Counted from the first letter of the stretch, positions 39,550 through 53,384 are shown. The stretch: DNA of 64,000 bases from Macrostomum lignano (GCA_002269645.1 NIVC01001585.1:124001-188000), one strand, 5' to 3'. Program-made: numbers and translations. Notes: a model not told the origin generated them from the sequence alone.

Positions 39550-40630
39550 CATAGACTGGAGCTGACCTAAAGTGACTGGAGCTGACCTAGAGTTGTTAGA
39601 GCTGACCTAGACTGACTGGAGCTGACCTAGAGTTACTGGAGCTGACCTAGACTGAATGGAGCTGACCTAGAGTTACTGGAGCTGACCTAGACTGAATGGA
39701 GCTGACCTAGAGTGACTGGAGCTGACCTAGACTGACTGGAGCTGACCTAGAGTTGTTGGAGCTGACCTAGACTGACTGGAGCTGACCTAGAGTGACTGGA
39801 GCTGACCTAAAGTTGTTGTAGATGACCTAGAGTGACTGGAGCTGACCTAGAGTTGTTGGAGCTGACCTAGACTGACTGGAGCTGACCTAGAGTTGTTGGA
39901 GCTGACCTAGACTGACTGGAGCTGACCTAGAGTGACTGGAGCTGACCTAAAGTTGTTGTAGATGACCTAGAGTGACTGGAGCTGACCTAGAGTTGTTGGA
40001 GCTGACCTAAAGTGACTGGAGCTGACCTAGAGTTGTTGTAGATGACCTAGAGTGACTGGAGCTGACCTAGAGTTGTTTGAGATGACCTAGAGTGACTGGA
40101 GCTGACCTAGAGTTGTTGGAGCTGACCTAGAGTGACTGGAGTTGACCTAGACTGAAAGGAGCTGACCTAGAGTTGTTGGAGCTGACCTAGAGTGACTGGA
40201 GCTGACCTAGAGTGACTGGAGCTGACCTAAAGTTGTTGGAGCTGACCTAGACTGACTGGAGCTGACCTAGAGTTGTTGGAGATGACCTAGAGCTGTTGGA
40301 GATGACCTAGAGTGACTGGAGCTGACCTAGAGTTGTTGGAGATGACCTAGAGTGACTGGAGCTGACCTAGAGCTGTTGGAGCTGACCTAGAGTGACTGGA
40401 GTTGACCTAGACTGAAAGGAGCTGACCTAGAGTTACTGGAGCTGACCTAGAGTGACTGGAGCTGACCTAGAGTGAATGGAGCTGACCTAGAGTGAATGGA
40501 GCTGACCTAGAGTTACTGGAGTTGACCTAGACTGAAAGGAGCTCAGCTAAACTAAATGGAGCTGATTCAAAACTTCTGAGGCTGACCTAGAAGGACTGCA
40601 GCTGACCTAAACTGACGTAACATAAAAAGG
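39550..40630. repeat. 20-bp minisatellite (GAGCTGACCTAGAGTGACTG)
   Basis: About 50 tandem copies. Confidence 0.95.
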
Positions 40631-40999
40631 GCTGACCTAGAGTTGTCTGAAAAATAAGTAAGCGCTGGTACATAATATCCGCTCTTATAATAATCATCAC
40701 AAAATCAATCATGATCTACGCAGCATTTACAATATCACAACCGAAGGCATCTCTTAGAGCTCTCTACGTGTAACTACTGGCGAATTATACAATGCTTAAG
40801 CATTTATGACTCTAAAACTAAACTATTTCTTAATGTTCCTATCAAGCTTAGTTACAGCTCTAGTTCCGTACGTTACAGAGGGCAGTACTCGTAGCACTAA
40901 ATTTTTAAGTAACGAAATCATAAATAATAAAGTTATCGTGCCAGACGACAGCAAAATGGATAGATACATGGAGGGACTGAGGAACGGGCTTGTTACTAT

Positions 41000-41640
<641 letters not shown>

Positions 41641-41695
41641 ATGCTTATGAACCAGTGTCAACAGATCCAGCTGTCTCTAAATAAACAAAGCCCCA

Positions 41696-43276
41696 TCAGG
41701 TCATGTAGATCAGCGCTCCAATAGCCAGAATGACGCCCAATAGATGGAAGACCAACGCTAAACTGCAGGTAATTAACTCCGGCCTAAGCGTATAAGTCTG
41801 AAACAGGAGCAGGTAAATGACGCCGAGAATGGCCAGAAAAGTGAGAATGATGCCGAGAATCGCGGCTACCCGGCTGCCAGCCAAATTGCCGTAGCTGAAC
41901 AGGTAGACTCTCAATAAGTCCACAGCGGTTAGGGCGAACTGCAGTATGACTTCACCAGTCAGAATGCCGGTTGCGTAGGGCAGATTTTCGCCTTTGTAGA
42001 TGAACATCAGGATTTGGCACAGCCAGAAAAGTGCGATGTAGAACCTGGTTGGAGCATGTTTGCGCAAGTTTTAAGATAAGTTCCGTGTGAAATTAGGGTG
42101 TCTCTTGTTGGTCAGGGTGTCTCTTGTTAGACAGGGTGTCTCTTGTTGGTCAGGGTGTCTCTTGTTAGACAGGGTGTCTCTTGTTGGTCAGGGTGTCTCT
42201 TGTTGGTCAGGGTGTCTCTTGTTAGACAGGGGTTTCTCTTGTTGGTCAGGGTGTCTCTTGTTAGACAGGGGTGTCTCTTGTTGGTCAGGGTGTCTCTTGT
42301 TAGACAGGGGGTGTCTCTTGTTGGTCAGGGTGTCTCTTGTTAGTCAGGGGTTTCTCTTGTTGGTCAGGGTGTCTCTTGTTAGATAGGGGTTTCTCTTGTT
42401 GGTCAGGGTGTCTCTTGTTAGACAGGGGTGTCTCTTGTTGGTCAGGGTGTCTCTTGTTAGACAGGGTGTCTCTTGTTGGTCAGGGTGTCTCTTGTTAGAC
42501 AGGGGTTTCTCTTGTTGGTCAGGGTGTCTCTTGTTAGACAGGGGTGTCTCTTGTTGGTCAGGGTGTCTCTTGTTAGACAGGGTGTCTCTTGTTGGTCAGG
42601 GTGTCTCTTGTTAGTCAGGGGTTTCTCTTGTTGGTCAGGGTGTCTCTTGTTAGACAGGGGTGTCTCTTGTTGGTCAGGGTGTCTCTTGTTGGTCAGGGTG
42701 TCTCTTGTTAGACAGGGGTGTCTATTATTAGACAGGGGTGTCTCTTGTTGGTCAGGGTGTCTCTTGTTAGACAGGGGTGTCTCTTGTTAGACAGGGGTGT
42801 CTCTTGTTGGTCAGGGTGTCTCTTGTTAGACAGGGGTATCTCTTTTTAGACAGGGGTGTCTCTTGTTAGACAGGGGTATCTCTTGTTAGACAGGGATGTC
42901 TCTTGTTAGACAAGAGTGTCTCTTGTTAGACAGGGGTGTCTCTTGTTAGACAGGGGTGTCTCTTGTTAGATAAGGGTGTCTCTTTTTAGACAGGGGTGTC
43001 TCTTGTTAGACAGGGGTTTCTCTTGTTAGACAGAGGTGTCTTTGTTAGACGAGGGCTTCTTACGTTCTACACTGTACGGTATGAAAATCAACACAAAGAT
43101 TTAACTAAGACTAAAGATTCTCACTTATTAAAATAAAGCAGAACCTCCAGCACAGCCAACGATCTCGCGTCGTCTTTTGAGCGCAACGTGAGGCCACTGC
43201 CGCCGCGAGTTGTGGCGCCTACCGGGGTGGCGCCAGTTGCTGTGGCGCCAGTCAGCGGTTTCTGATCACCACTCAT
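41696..43276 (-). CDS. TMEM216: TMEM216/TMEM17/TMEM80-family protein, copy a; exons 43125-43276 and 41696-42044
   Basis: A phase-2 GTGAGA...CAG junction gives MSGDQK...SLAVLEVLLYFNKFYIALFWLCQILMFIYKGENLPY...GNL...FQTYTLRPE...*. Orthology within the family is uncertain. Confidence 0.85.
42095..43070. repeat. 19-20-bp minisatellite (GGGTGTCTCTTGTT(GGTCA/AGACA)), intron of TMEM216-like copy a
   Basis: Tandem copies. Confidence 0.95.
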
Positions 43277-44031
43277 AGCTAGGCCAGCCTGTCGAAAAAT
43301 TTATAACTGAAAAATAAAAACATGCCAGACAGAGGCTAGTGAATATCTCATTAAAGAGTTTCTTTTTATTTTGAAAGTACAAAGTACTTGTATTTCAATA
43401 AGTTATATTTCCAAATTTTTGAGAAATCTAGCTATGATAACAATATAAAATTTTAATCTCCATAAAGATACAAGGAATCAAATTTTCACTCACTTATGCT
43501 CCTTTCAAACTCTTTTAACCTTGCACACTTTAATTTCAACTTACACGACTTTACTTCTTTCCATTTTTAATTCATATCAGACAATAAAGACAATTGCACC
43601 AAAATCTGTGATATAACTATAGATTAAATTTTATGACTTAAAAAATTAACTTTGGAACTCCAATAGCCCTTAGTGCGATTTTTAAAAAAGAATTTTTGAG
43701 TTAATCGAATTCATTATAAATAATTAGGGTGTGAGGATTTGTCATTATTATTGACACATAATAAATGTTTAGTCTTGTTGAATTGAGTTATTGCAAAGTG
43801 AAACATGTACATAAAATTATAAAAAGTACTAACTGAATAAAGCGAATTTTGTATAGAGCTGAAGAAAGCTAACAGTTGTACATGTCAACACATCAAACCT
43901 TTGTTTAACAGACTGTATAAATAAAAATGTCTTTATAACGTTTCCATAGCGGTTGAAAATGATTAAAATAAATCTAAATAAACTGTACTTAATGAGCTGA
44001 GTTAGGCCCTTTGCTACTTCGTCATTCTAGC

Positions 44032-44261
44032 CAGTGGCGGATCTAGAATTCCATTTGGGGGGGGGGGAGGCGGTCATATAGTTTGGGGCGCCAACATGAG
44101 AATGAGGGGCGCCAATTTTTAATCTAGGGGTGCAAAAATGCGTGTAGGGGGGGGGGCGGCGAAAAATCAAGCTTAAAGTGTGCAAACTTAGGTTTTAGGG
44201 GGTCGCAATATGTTCTATCAAGCTATTTTTGGGGCCGCCCCCCCCCCTAAATCCGCCCCTG
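44032..44261. mobile_element. 230-bp MITE
   Basis: TIRs CAGTGGCGGATCTAG and CTAAATCCGCCCCTG (13/15 match), with internal G and C runs facing each other. GC-rich island in AT-rich DNA; no clear TSD. Confidence 0.7.
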
Positions 44262-44883
44262 TAAATTATAGCTACTCAGTACTCAGTGAAGCAAAGCAAG
44301 TTTTGTTGAATAGGATTAGGGTACATTATAATAAGATTATATATTTCAGAAAGTTTATTGCTTCTCGTTACATGTACTACAGTAGAACTGTAGAAGTTAA
44401 TAAACTTAATATTGTGTAACTTCAAGTTACATACTTTACGCTGTAACATGCACGGTATATAAAGCATTAAAATATATAAAAATGAAGAAACCAAATCATG
44501 TCGCTGTAAATAATGACAATAATTTGTTTTTGGTTGAAAATTATATTATAAAACAAAATGACTTATTTTGAAAACCAAATTTTTATTTTTCACATTGTTA
44601 ACTAATAGTAAAAAAATTAACTGTGTTATAACTTTTAAAAGCATTATTCATTTTTTCTTTCTTTTTTTCATCGAAAGAAGAAATTCATGAAATTCATTGC
44701 CGTCAGCCTCTGTTACTTGCAGTGCAGTCGCGGCATGTTGTTTATCAAAACGTGTCTTATCAAAACAGAACGAAAAGTGCTGTGATTGTCAAGTGCTAAC
44801 TAAAATCTTGAGGTAAAATTTGGTGACTCAAAGGCCAAAGCGTAGCCTATGATGTCCTGACCTGACGAATAATCTAGTATAAT

Positions 44884-45324
44884 AGTCTACTACTACAGCC
44901 CAGACTATAGGTAGCGAATAAGCTCTAGTCCGATTGTCCCTGATTTGTCCTTATGAACTACGACCAAGCCTTGCTAGAATGAACTTTGGAAATATTAAGG
45001 TTCATTTTTAGTATATAGATTCATTTTTAGAATACTAGTATTAGTATTAGTACTAGTAGTATCTAAGACTGACTGACTGACTGACACTAGCAAAAACACA
45101 TTATGCTAGTGTTTTTCAAAAATGAAAAAAGTATTCATTTTTAGAATACTAGTATTAGTATTAGTACTAGTAGTATTCTAAAAATGAATCTATATACTAA
45201 AAATTCACCTTAATATTTCCAAAGTTCATTCTAGCAAGGCTTGGTCATAGTTCATAAGGACAAATCAGGGACAATCGGACTAGAGCTTATTCGATACCTA
45301 TAGTCTGGGCTGTAGTAGTAGACT
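44884..45324. mobile_element. About 440-bp fold-back/MITE with ~150-bp inverted arms
   Basis: AGTCTACTACTACAGCCCAGACTATAGG...TTCATTTTTAGAATACT is mirrored as the reverse complement ending at 45324. A ~45-bp block is directly duplicated inside. Confidence 0.8.
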
Positions 45325-45686
45325 GTAGTAGGCCCTAAGGCCGTCATAAGTAGGGTGATCCTTCATACCCCAATAATTCATGAATGCTTGCAGAATTTTG
45401 CCTGCCAAACTTTGCTTGCAGGAATTTTGCTTTCCAAAGTTTGCTTGCAGGAACTTTGCCTGCGAAACTTTGCTTGCAGGAGATTTGCTTGTTGAACTTT
45501 TCTTGAAGGAACTTTGCTTGCCAAACTTGGGTAGGGCCTATCCAAGTACTGCTGCATTAGGTAGGCCTATCCTTATGAGTCATGATATATAGCAATACGC
45601 AGATTTTTGGTACATTAATTTGCAGAAAAATCTATTTTGCTACCTAAAATCATTCAATATGTGTATTGTTTGAAATTGTGTAAAAA

Positions 45687-47270
45687 ACTTACATGTGAAA
45701 AACCTAAAGCAAAATTAATGCAACTTTGGGTAAACGGCAAGAGTAACTATGACTGTCTTATTAAGCCAAAATGCCTCATCAGCTACTTGTACTACTACTT
45801 GATTATTTTTTCGGGTGGGCATTTTTGCAACTTCCTTGGTTGGCCACCAAATTGGTCGGCTGGATTGGCCAACTTAGCCGTCTGTTGCGCATGTATAACT
45901 AAGTAGATAGTGAGGCATTTTGCCTTAATAAGACAATCCTAGTTACTTTTGCCATTTATCTAAAGTTGCATAAATTTTGCTTTAAGGTTTCTTTTACATG
46001 ATTACTAGGCCTATTCTGTCCAATAGCAACTTACATATGTGTTGCAAAAGAAATGGCCGAGTGAATCCCTACATTGCACCCAAAGCCATGTTCTCCATGT
46101 GTTCTGAGAGAGGGGGCACTGGCTATAAATTCTGTATTGTTAGCTATATCATTATCAATCTATCCTTGTACTTTGTCTCTCAATTTATAGACTAACAAAT
46201 ATGTACCTAAAATATTGATTAAATTTGTACCTCAAAAATTTTGTAGGCCTATTTATTCACTTCTAATCTACTCACTTTTTGCTCAAAATAAACTTTACAA
46301 TGCATAGTATCCTGCAAAACACATTGTTTAATTGAATTAATGTTGTTTTTTGCTACATTCTATATTTTATAGACATGGACACCATGTTTAAGACTAAATG
46401 TTCTTATGTTATATGCATAGCACCTGGCTATGTCTATAAGTATGGACCTAGATGTGGTCATCATTTCTATAAGTTTTTAGATTCTAGACATAGTTACTAT
46501 GTCTCTAAGTATAGGCCTTAGCACAAGTAATAATTGTGCAAAGTTTATAAAGCTCAATATGGTATTAGGTCCTATAGTATATTTTTAATTTTTACATTTT
46601 GTGTTTGTGGTATTCTATATTCCTATAGCATTAGTATATCGCTATAGCAAATTGAAATGCATAGCAAAAATATATATTATATAATGATCAAGCATATTAT
46701 CTATTTAGATTCTAGATTAGGTTTTTTATATTTATTCTATTAGAAAAGTACATGTTTATTAACTAACCTTTTTTAACCTTATAATACTTAATACAAGGCC
46801 CAATTCCCAAGTCTTATATAAGTGTCAAGAAGAAAAAGAAATTCTAGTATACAATGGATATAAAAAAGGATTGGCATAAAATATTTGGCATACAGAACAA
46901 TTTGCTAGAAAATTATGCCACAGAGTCAATATCTGTGGCATTACAAAACCAAAATTTTGTAATGCAAGAAAAGGTCCTAGTGTTTCAATGCGATAAAGGT
47001 TAGTATAAGTTTGGTGAATGTATCATGAATAAATTTGTTTATTTGATATAAACTTAAAAAATATAGTAAAGGGGTCATTTTTTCTAGTATATACATACAT
47101 GGGGAACCTCCAAAATTTGGTTGGCTATGCAACTTAGTTTTAACAAAAATGTGATATAGTTTTTGGCAAAAAATGCAACTTACGTGTAAAAGAAGCCCTA
47201 AAGCAAAATTAATGCAACTTAAGGTAAATGATAGGAGTAACTATGACTGTCTTATTAAGGCAAAATGCCT
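45687..47270. repeat. Three ~95-bp dispersed repeats resembling the 28S rRNA R2/I-PpoI target region: 45687-45780 (+), 45911-46000 (-), 47177-47270 (+)
   Basis: GGGTAAACGGCAAGAGTAACTATGACTGTCTTATTAAGCCAAAATGCCTC compared with the recalled eukaryotic 28S GGGTAAACGGCGGGAGTAACTATGACTCTCTTAAGGTAGCCAAATGCCTC. The copies share diagnostic non-rDNA changes. Confidence 0.7.
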
Positions 47271-48283
47271 ATTGTTATTTTCAACCAATGTTGGCAGAAC
47301 CAACATGCTGCCATAAGTATTGCATTATGTATATAAAGTTATATTTACACACTTGTGAAAACACAAGTCAATTCATTATCAGTTTAGCAATGAACTTCAA
47401 CTTCAATGCCAGACTCCAGAAAGTCTCTAAATGATCCCCTTCAAATTGGCATACTAATTTTGGCATAGAAATTCATGCCAATTTTTGGCATACAAACTTT
47501 GGCATAAAAAATTAGTAAACAAATTTATAAAAATTTAATTTAGATAAATTTTTTCTATAAAACAAAAAAAATTAGTATACTTTTAGAAAGTTGAAAAAAA
47601 AGTTTCTAAAGTAACACTAATAAAATTAGTGTTAAAATGATTGCTACAAGTAAAAACTTATATAAGCATAATTTTAGAGGTATAATTTTTAGTATATTGG
47701 AATTTTATTTTGTTTAAAGTAAATTAATGAAAATAATATTAAAAGATTTTTAAAAGATTTTTTCTCACAAAAAGCATTCTTGAGAAACTCAACTTATGAA
47801 TATGAAAACCAAATAACTTTTTTAGGAGAAATTAGGAGTTGGCTTAGGAGTTGCTTGATTTGTTGAAATTTTCCATTTTTGGTATACATTGGTATACATT
47901 TAGCTAAGATAGGATTCTTGTTCCAGTGTACACTATTTACACACTGTCGACCCTTGCTTCAATGTGCCTTTCTTCTTTATGATCAGTCACCATTTTCTGA
48001 TGCATTGGTACACAACTTTTATACTTATGGCACAAAGTTATGTTAAAATTTTGTCAACATTGGTGGTTTTGAATGACAAAAGTTATTAATGCTATAAATC
48101 AGGTGTATCATATGGGCCACCCTGTCTATTAGAGATATTGGCCATTTGTATATGCTTTAATATTGGAACATAGTTATCGTCAGGAGCATTTATTATAATT
48201 GGCTGCAATGTGACTGTAAAATATTGTGAGCCCCGAAAAGGGCCGTTTTACACTAGAATATGCTATATTGTGCAAAATTGCAG

Positions 48284-50497
48284 GACACCACCCAGTCAGG
48301 CTCCCGAAGCCATCGCCACCCGAGGCATCACCGCCATCACCGCGGCTCCAGCGGCAAACTGCCCGAGCCGTCCGCCCACCAGCAACAGACGCGCCAGACC
48401 TATCAGTGTCTGTATTGTAAAAACGATTTCAAACGTTCGGGCAGCGCCGCGGATGTGAAATGCGCCAAATGCCAGCAGCAGGAACGGCAGCACGGCGAGC
48501 CGCGTCATTGTCCAACCTGCCGGCTAAAAATGCTATGGAAAGGCGACGAATGCGTTCGCTGTTTTCACTATAGGGGCAAGTTTGGCCAGCCAGTTGTGTG
48601 CCAGATGTGCCAGCAGAAGTGCGCCTTTGTTAAAGACGCACAGAGTCGGGCAAAGGTGGACAATCAGACACTGTGCTGGCTATGCACCTATTCTTATAAG
48701 AAGCGGCGTAGGCGACTTGAGAAAGATGACGCCAGGGTGGAATCGCAGGAGGATATTGACTACCTGTTGGAAAAGAAGGTGAGGCCCTGATCTGGCATTC
48801 TGACTCTGGCTCTTTCACTGCATTTTCCCCTTTATCCCACTGGCTATCCCACTCTTGCTATCCCGTTTATCCCACTGTTGCTATCCCATTTATCCCATTG
48901 TTGCTATCCCATTTATTCCATTGTTGCTATTCCATTTATCCCATTGTTGCTATTCCATTTATCCCATTGTTGCTATCCCATTTATCCCACTGTTGCTATC
49001 CCATTTATCCCATTGTTGCTATTCCATTTATTCCATTGTTGCTATTCCATTTATCCCATTGTTGCTATTCCATTTATCCCATTGTTGCTATTCCATTTAT
49101 CCCATTGTTGCTATCCCATTTATCCCATTGTTGCTATTCTATTTATCCCATTGTTGATATCCCATTTATCCCACTGTTGCTATCCCATTTATCCCACTGT
49201 TGCTATCCCATTTATCCCATTGTTGCTATTCCATTTATTCCATTGTTGCTATTCCATTTATTCCATTGTTGCTATTCCATTTATCCCATTGTTGCTATTC
49301 CATTTATCCCATTGTTGCTATTCCATTTATCCCATTGTTGCTATCCCATTTATCCCACGGTTGCTATCCTATTTATCCCACTGTTGCTATCCCATTTATC
49401 CCATTGTTGCTATCCCATTAATCCCATTGTTGCTGTCCTATTTATCCCACTACTGCTATCCCATTTATCTCACTGTTGCGATTTCATTTATCCTACTGGA
49501 TATCCCATTTCTTCTACTGGATATCCCAGTTATCCCACTAGTGCTACTGCTCAATGATACTACTATTATACTACTTACTATAGAAATATTACTATTTTGT
49601 ACCTAAATATTCTTGCTGGTATTCTATCTAATCCAATCAAATTGCGTCATCCCATTTATCCCTAACTCGTAGGTGAGCGCGCCGAGAACCTCACTTCAAC
49701 AGCAGCAGCAGCAGCAGCAATTTCCTCAGCCGACCCCGCCGCCTCCTCAACTTCTGTCGCCCGCCAACGCTACAAGCGGATCTGCGGCTACTCCAATGTC
49801 GGCTACAGCCGCCGCCGCTGCCGCAGCCGCAGCGGCCAAAGCGGCAGCCACGGCCGCCCTGATTGGCCAGCAGCCCGAGCAGCAGCAGCAGCTCCAGGAG
49901 GAGGCCAGGCGGCTTCGCCGACTACTTGGCGAGCGCGACTCGCAGCTGGCCGAACGCGACCGGCAGATCATGGAGCTTCGAGCCGACCTCAGGCGTCGCA
50001 CCGAGGAGCTCAGTCGAAGCATGGAGCAGCAGCAGAGAGCCGCCCAGGCCGAGGCTGATCAGCTGCGCGCGCAGATTGTTGACCTGCGAAAGCAGACAGT
50101 CCGCTTGGAGAAGGCCGCCGCCGCGGCTAAACGGAAGCGGAAAGCGCCAGCTGTGTCGGCCGCTTCGACAGCCAATTCAACTGTAGGCTCCAGCGCGGCT
50201 GCCGCCTCTGTCGCCGCTGCTGACGACGACGGAGTCGGCGACGGAGACGAAGACGCCACCACGGCGAGCCTGTTCAATCCGAGTCACGTGCTCCGTCGGG
50301 TGTCCTCTCGGCCAGACATGGTGGCCAATGCCGACTGCGCTTCGGGGCCGCCGCCTGCTAAACTCGCCGCTCTGTCTGTCGCTGAAGGCGCCTCATCATC
50401 CGCCGCCGCCGCTGCCACCGACGAGGACTCGAAGGAGCCGGCTGAGATTGGCACCGCTAAGGCCAGCGCAGATAGTGGGTCAAGCGATTCAAACTAA
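48284..50497 (+). CDS. FAM76: FAM76-family zinc-finger/coiled-coil protein; exons 48284-48778 and 49673-50497 (start exon not found)
   Basis: CxxC series YQCLYC, CAKC...HGEPRHCPTC, CVRC...FGQPVVCQMCQQKCAF and KVDNQTLCWLCTYSYK; C-terminal coiled coil LGERDSQLAERDRQIMELRAD; phase-0 junction. Confidence 0.9.
48830..49520. repeat. 23-bp minisatellite (TTTATCCCATTGTTGCTATCCCA), FAM76 intron
   Basis: About 30 tandem copies. Confidence 0.95.
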
Positions 50498-50599
50498 CTT
50501 TTGTGTGTTCTGTTTGGTTTGGTTTTAATGTTGTTAGATGATGAAGCTTTGACTGTATTGTTGACTGATGGATTTGTTGTGGTTAATACTAATTCGGTA

Positions 50600-51650
50600 G
50601 GTTAGTGATTAGTTGATTTAGTTGTGGCGGATTGATTGATAGATTGTGGCTGATTGATTGATGATGGCTGATTGATTGATAGATTGTGGCTGATTGATTG
50701 ATGATGGCTGATTGATTGATAGTTTGTGGCTGATTGATTGATTGGTTGTGGCTGATTGATTGATTGGTTGTGGCTGATTGACTGATTGATTGATAGATTG
50801 TGGCTGATTGATTGATAGATTGTGGCTGATTGATTGATAGATTGTGGCTGATTGATTGATAGATTGTGGCTGATTGATTGATAGATTGTGGCTGATAGAT
50901 TGATAGATTGTGGCTGATTGATTGATAGATTGTGGCTGATTGATTGATGATGGCTGATTGCTTGATAGATTGTGGCTGATTGATTGATAGATTGTGGCTG
51001 ATTGATTGATGATGGCTGATTGATTGATAGATTGTGGCTGATTGATTGATGATGGCTGATTGATTGATTGGTTGTGGCTGATTGATTGATTGATTGTGGC
51101 TGATTGATTGATTGATTGTGGCTGATTGATTGATTGGTTGTGGCTGATTGATTGATTGATTGTGGCTGATTGACTGATTGATTGATAGATTGTGGCTGAT
51201 TGATTGATGATGGCTGATTGATTGATGATGGCTGATTGATTGATGATGGCTGATTGATTGATGATGGCTGATTGATTGATAGATTGTGGCTGATTGATTG
51301 ATGATGGCTGATTGATTGATAGATTGTGGCTGATTGATTGATGATGGCTGATTGATTGATAGATTGTGGCTGATTGATTGATGATGGCTGATTGATTGAT
51401 AGTTTGTGGCTGATTGATTGATTGATGGCTGATTGATTGATAGATTGTGGCTGATTGATTGATGATGGCTGATTGATTGATAGTTTGTGGCTGATTGATT
51501 GATAGTTTGTGGCTGATTGATTGATTGGTTGTGGCTGATTGATTGATTGGTTGTGGCTGATTGATTGATGGATTGATTGACTGGTTATGGCTGAGTGATT
51601 GATTATGGCTGATTGATTGATTGATGGTGGCTGATTGATTGACTTGTTTG
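50600..51650. repeat. (GATT)n-derived minisatellite (GATTGATTGATAGATTGTGGCT)
   Basis: Tandem copies downstream of the FAM76 stop. Confidence 0.93.
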
Positions 51651-52264
51651 ATTGATTGACTAATAGTTGGATTAGTTATATCATCGATGTTGCTGTTGCA
51701 GTTGTTAGTGTAACTACCGGTATATTAGCAAAAAATTCAAAGTAAGCACTGATGGATGACAGTGGTAGCCATTTATAAAACTTTTTCTTTTACACTGAAA
51801 ACGCGTATGCTATCAGTTTGCTATCAATAAATTATTTGCTTATATTGTTTGACACTATAAATTATTTTCTGTCCTTTCGCTACTTACCGTCTCTTATACT
51901 ACTGGTAGTAACTGTTCTGTCACTTATGTTAGTAATTGCTACATATATATGTATACATACTTGATTAGCAAGCATTAGAAAGGCAGCTGAACTGAGACCT
52001 TAATTATCCTATCTAACCTGGCTAATTTTGCTGAATATTCCCATTAAAGTGTCAGTTATACAATTTATACAATTGTCTATTTATTCAACTGTATACTGTA
52101 GTTGCTAAATGTAATAAAATTGATTACTTGTCTCAGTTGTCTATTTATAGTTTATTGGAACAATTGGCCAACATCCTTTTGTGTACATCTTATAAATAAC
52201 ATCGTTTGTAATCCTGTCATTTTATTATCGTTACTCACCTTGCGTTTCTATTCTGTTGTGGAAT

Positions 52265-53384
52265 GTTGTTAAACGGGCCGGTTGGGAGACTAAGCTTCCC
52301 GCGGATCAGCCCTGGGAGGGGCTTCTGCCGCTGAGGGGCACTTCCAGGGGCCTAAGCCCGAGATACCCACCGGTTGGTTTGACCCTGACGTCGTAGGCTA
52401 GGGCTGGGTGTGAACTGCCTACTAACCCCAGCCTATGTATAAGACACCGCCAACCCAAAAGTGGAATCAGGGACGGTGCTAGGACCGAGTCCACCCAGGC
52501 CGCCCCCCAGCAGACAAGTCTTTGGGAGTGCGCGCGAAAAAGGGGTTTGAAAAGCTTAGTTTGCTACTTAAAGCGGTCCGAGAGCGGGGAAACCCCGAAG
52601 TCTACGGAAAAGGCTATAGTTAGGAATTTGGCTGGAAGGCTTGTTTCCGAGGGCGAGACTCCTATCAGGCAGGATATTGCGACTACCTATAGGGCTGCAA
52701 GCACCAAGGGTATCACCACCTATCCAGCTTTAGATTGGAGGCCGGGCCAAGGGGTCGGGGAAAGGGGCACAAGGCGCAAGAGGACCCGGACTCAGCCGGT
52801 ATCCCCGATTCGGGGACGCCAATCCACTGTCAGGATGAGAGCCGAGACACAGAGGCAGGGAGCTTTCAGAGGAGCCTAGCAGATGGAACCGAGGACAGAT
52901 GGACCGGGCAGGGCAGAGCTCAAAACTCCAGGTTGGTTAGAGGTGGCATTTAGCCGGTTGGAGTGGCAGGCACTACCATGCGTACATTAATGGGAATAAA
53001 AACAAATGGGAGGAGCACCTGAACCCTGAAAAACCCGGGACTCAGCCTCAGGGCTGGCATGCTACTGGGCTCTAACCGTACACCTTTGTGAATGGTCATT
53101 CTTTCCTGCAGGGCGGGTACGACCGGGGGCTCAAGTCCCGTTCTAGCCACACTGCAGTCCAGAGTACGCACTCACGCCAGGTACCCCCCCCCTTTCTAAT
53201 ACAAGGCCGATGGCCGAAATGCTAGCGAAAAAGATTGGTTGGGGTTATTTTTAGATAAGCACAGCCCCTCCGGGGCGGACCCTTAGAAAATTGGGCTAGC
53301 CAGAGCCAGGCCAATCGGATTGCGCACAACCCTTAATTAGACAAGCCGCCAGAGAGGCAACCAGGGTAAAAACAGTCAGAGACC
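52265..53384. mobile_element. Unclassified 1.12-kb GC-rich insertion flanked by a 10-bp direct repeat
   Basis: GTTGTGGAAT at 52255-52264 and 53385-53394; sharp GC contrast with the AT-rich flanks; no TIR or long ORF. Confidence 0.55.

Noticed and set aside
52306-53171. ORFs inside the 1.12-kb insertion as gag/RT fragments; solo-LTR interpretation
   Set aside because: No RT, integrase or zinc-knuckle motif is present. TG...CA boundaries do not coincide with a 4-6-bp TSD.
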